This document shows, in pieces, positions 62,691 through 64,000 of a stretch of DNA of 64,000 nucleotides; within the stretch, counting starts at the first letter, position 1; each line of letters begins with the position of its first letter. This stretch comes from an uncultured Nitrospiraceae bacterium. Lineage in GTDB: Bacteria; Nitrospirota; Thermodesulfovibrionia; Thermodesulfovibrionales; SM23-35. The stretch lies in assembly GCA_963727775.1 (NCBI GenBank), contig CAVSHB010000004.1, positions 64,001 to 128,000 on the forward strand, read 5' to 3'. A program made the translations under genes and the position numbers. The notes below the pieces were generated by a model. It was given only the letters and a program-made list of their open reading frames with translations, did not search any database and was not told where the DNA came from.

Positions 62691-63755
62691 TTAGCCTCTC
62701 AAAACTTTTTTCAAAACATTAATAAATATTTTATTCTCCGCCGGCGTACCCACTGTCACCCTCAGACAGTTATCCACAACACCTTTCATGTTTCGGACAA
62801 GCACCCCTCCGCTGAGAAGCCCCTTGAAAACCTTATCGGAACTTTCAACCCTGAATAATATAAAATTCGCTTCAGACGGATATGGACGTATGCCTTGTAT
62901 TTTTGAGAGCTCATTGAACAGTTTTTCTCTTTCCGAAACAATGGATTTAATATTCAGCTTCACCATCTTCCTGTTCTTCATTACATCCAAGGCTATTCTC
63001 TGGGAAAGGGAATTCAGATTAAAGGGCAGCCTGATTTTATTGATCTGCCCGATTATGTCTTCATTCGCTATCATGAACCCTACCCTTAAGCCGGCAAGAC
63101 CTATTTTGCTCAAAGTCCTCATAATAACGAGATTCCCATAATCCTTAAGCATGGGGACAAAACCCTTATCACTTGCAAAGGGCTGATAAGCCTCATCTAC
63201 TACAACTATGGATTTCGACGAGGTCATCTCGATTATTTTCAATATCTTTTCCGCGGAAAAACAGTTTCCGGTCGGGTTGTTAGGCGAGCTCAGGAAGATT
63301 ATCCCGGGTTTTTCCCGACGTATTTCTAAAAGTGTCCGTACCATTTCGATGTCAAAATCTTCATCAAGAGGTACCTCGATATTTCGCTCTCCGATAGCCC
63401 TCGCAATAATACCGTACATCGAAAAAGTAGGAACTGGGTAAAGGACCGGACCGCCGAATGTCGTAATTAGATAGTAAATTAACTCATCGGAGCCGTTACC
63501 CTGTAATATGTTCTTCGCCCCTAAGCCCCATTCCTCCGATATAAGCTTTTTCAATGCCTTTGCCTCAGGGTCGGGATATCTGTTCAATGTTGCAAAAAGT
63601 TTCCGGTTTTCCGAAGAGACTAATTTTATTAATGTCTCTGAAGATAATCCATAAGGGCTTTCATTAGCATCGAGTTTTACTTTGCAAGGTATTTCTTTTG
63701 CTTCATACGCCGATAATGAATAAATATTCGGCCTGACGAATTTCTTAATGTCCAT
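62691..63755 (-). CDS. hisC: Histidinol-phosphate aminotransferase
   Basis: LDANE, GNGSDE, PNNPTG, DEAY, RTLSK. Confidence 0.96.
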   Translation of the reverse strand: MDIKKFVRPNIYSLSAYEAKEIPCKVKLDANESPYGLSSETLIKLVSSENRKLFATLNRYPDPEAKALKKLISEEWGLGAKNILQGNGSDELIYYLITTFGGPVLYPVPTFSMYGIIARAIGERNIEVPLDEDFDIEMVRTLLEIRREKPGIIFLSSPNNPTGNCFSAEKILKIIEMTSSKSIVVVDEAYQPFASDKGFVPMLKDYGNLVIMRTLSKIGLAGLRVGFMIANEDIIGQINKIRLPFNLNSLSQRIALDVMKNRKMVKLNIKSIVSEREKLFNELSKIQGIRPYPSEANFILFRVESSDKVFKGLLSGGVLVRNMKGVVDNCLRVTVGTPAENKIFINVLKKVLRG

Positions 63756-64000
63756 AGCAAAGAATTATACCATATAAACCGGCATGATAGAGAGGGCGAT
63801 CAGAGAAGTCGGATCCTTCACTCCTTACTCTTGAGATTACGGAAAGCGCCTTTATGCATGATATTATATATGCTCACGCGGTTATAGAAAATATCAAACA
63901 AATAGGCGTTTCGGTATCCATTGACGTTGATGCTTGTAGAGGCTTGTTAGATTGTTAGGCAGAGACCCTTAATAAAGCTATTATTTCTTAACAGATTTCT

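Overview
A 64-kb bacterial chromosomal window. Gene content (GxxExxY and REP-like repeats, metVF, folD, cooC, PilZ proteins) suggests an anaerobic Nitrospirota- or Desulfobacterota-like organism; this is an inference. 1-12.2 kb: a decaying type III-A CRISPR-Cas locus. The array is cut by IS1182, which is itself cut by IS1634. cas1 is frameshifted, cas10 carries a 445-bp tandem duplication and an IS200 truncation, cas6 has an early stop, and no csm2-5 genes are present. Three toxin-antitoxin (TA) pairs sit in the locus, plus a second, decayed copy of the cas6 3' end. 12.4-32.7 kb: housekeeping genes (surE, pcm, moxR cluster, argH, csp, gmhA, ruvCAB, queH/queA, phoH, HD hydrolase, ybeY). 32.7-45.7 kb: an accessory zone with two integron-type cassette arrays and no integrase. 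The first has very short (49-50 nt) attC sites and is bracketed by IS21-like ends. The second has an attC split by an IS110 element whose 3' non-coding region looks like a two-loop bridge RNA. The zone also holds IS630, IS256 and an apparently foreign purD. 46-53 kb: a folate/C1 cluster (metF, metV, GltD-ferredoxin-MvhD fusion, folD, folE). 56.3-57 kb: an ORF-less group II intron with matching EBS/IBS next to another IS110, followed by mgtC, an antiporter, cooC and hisBC.
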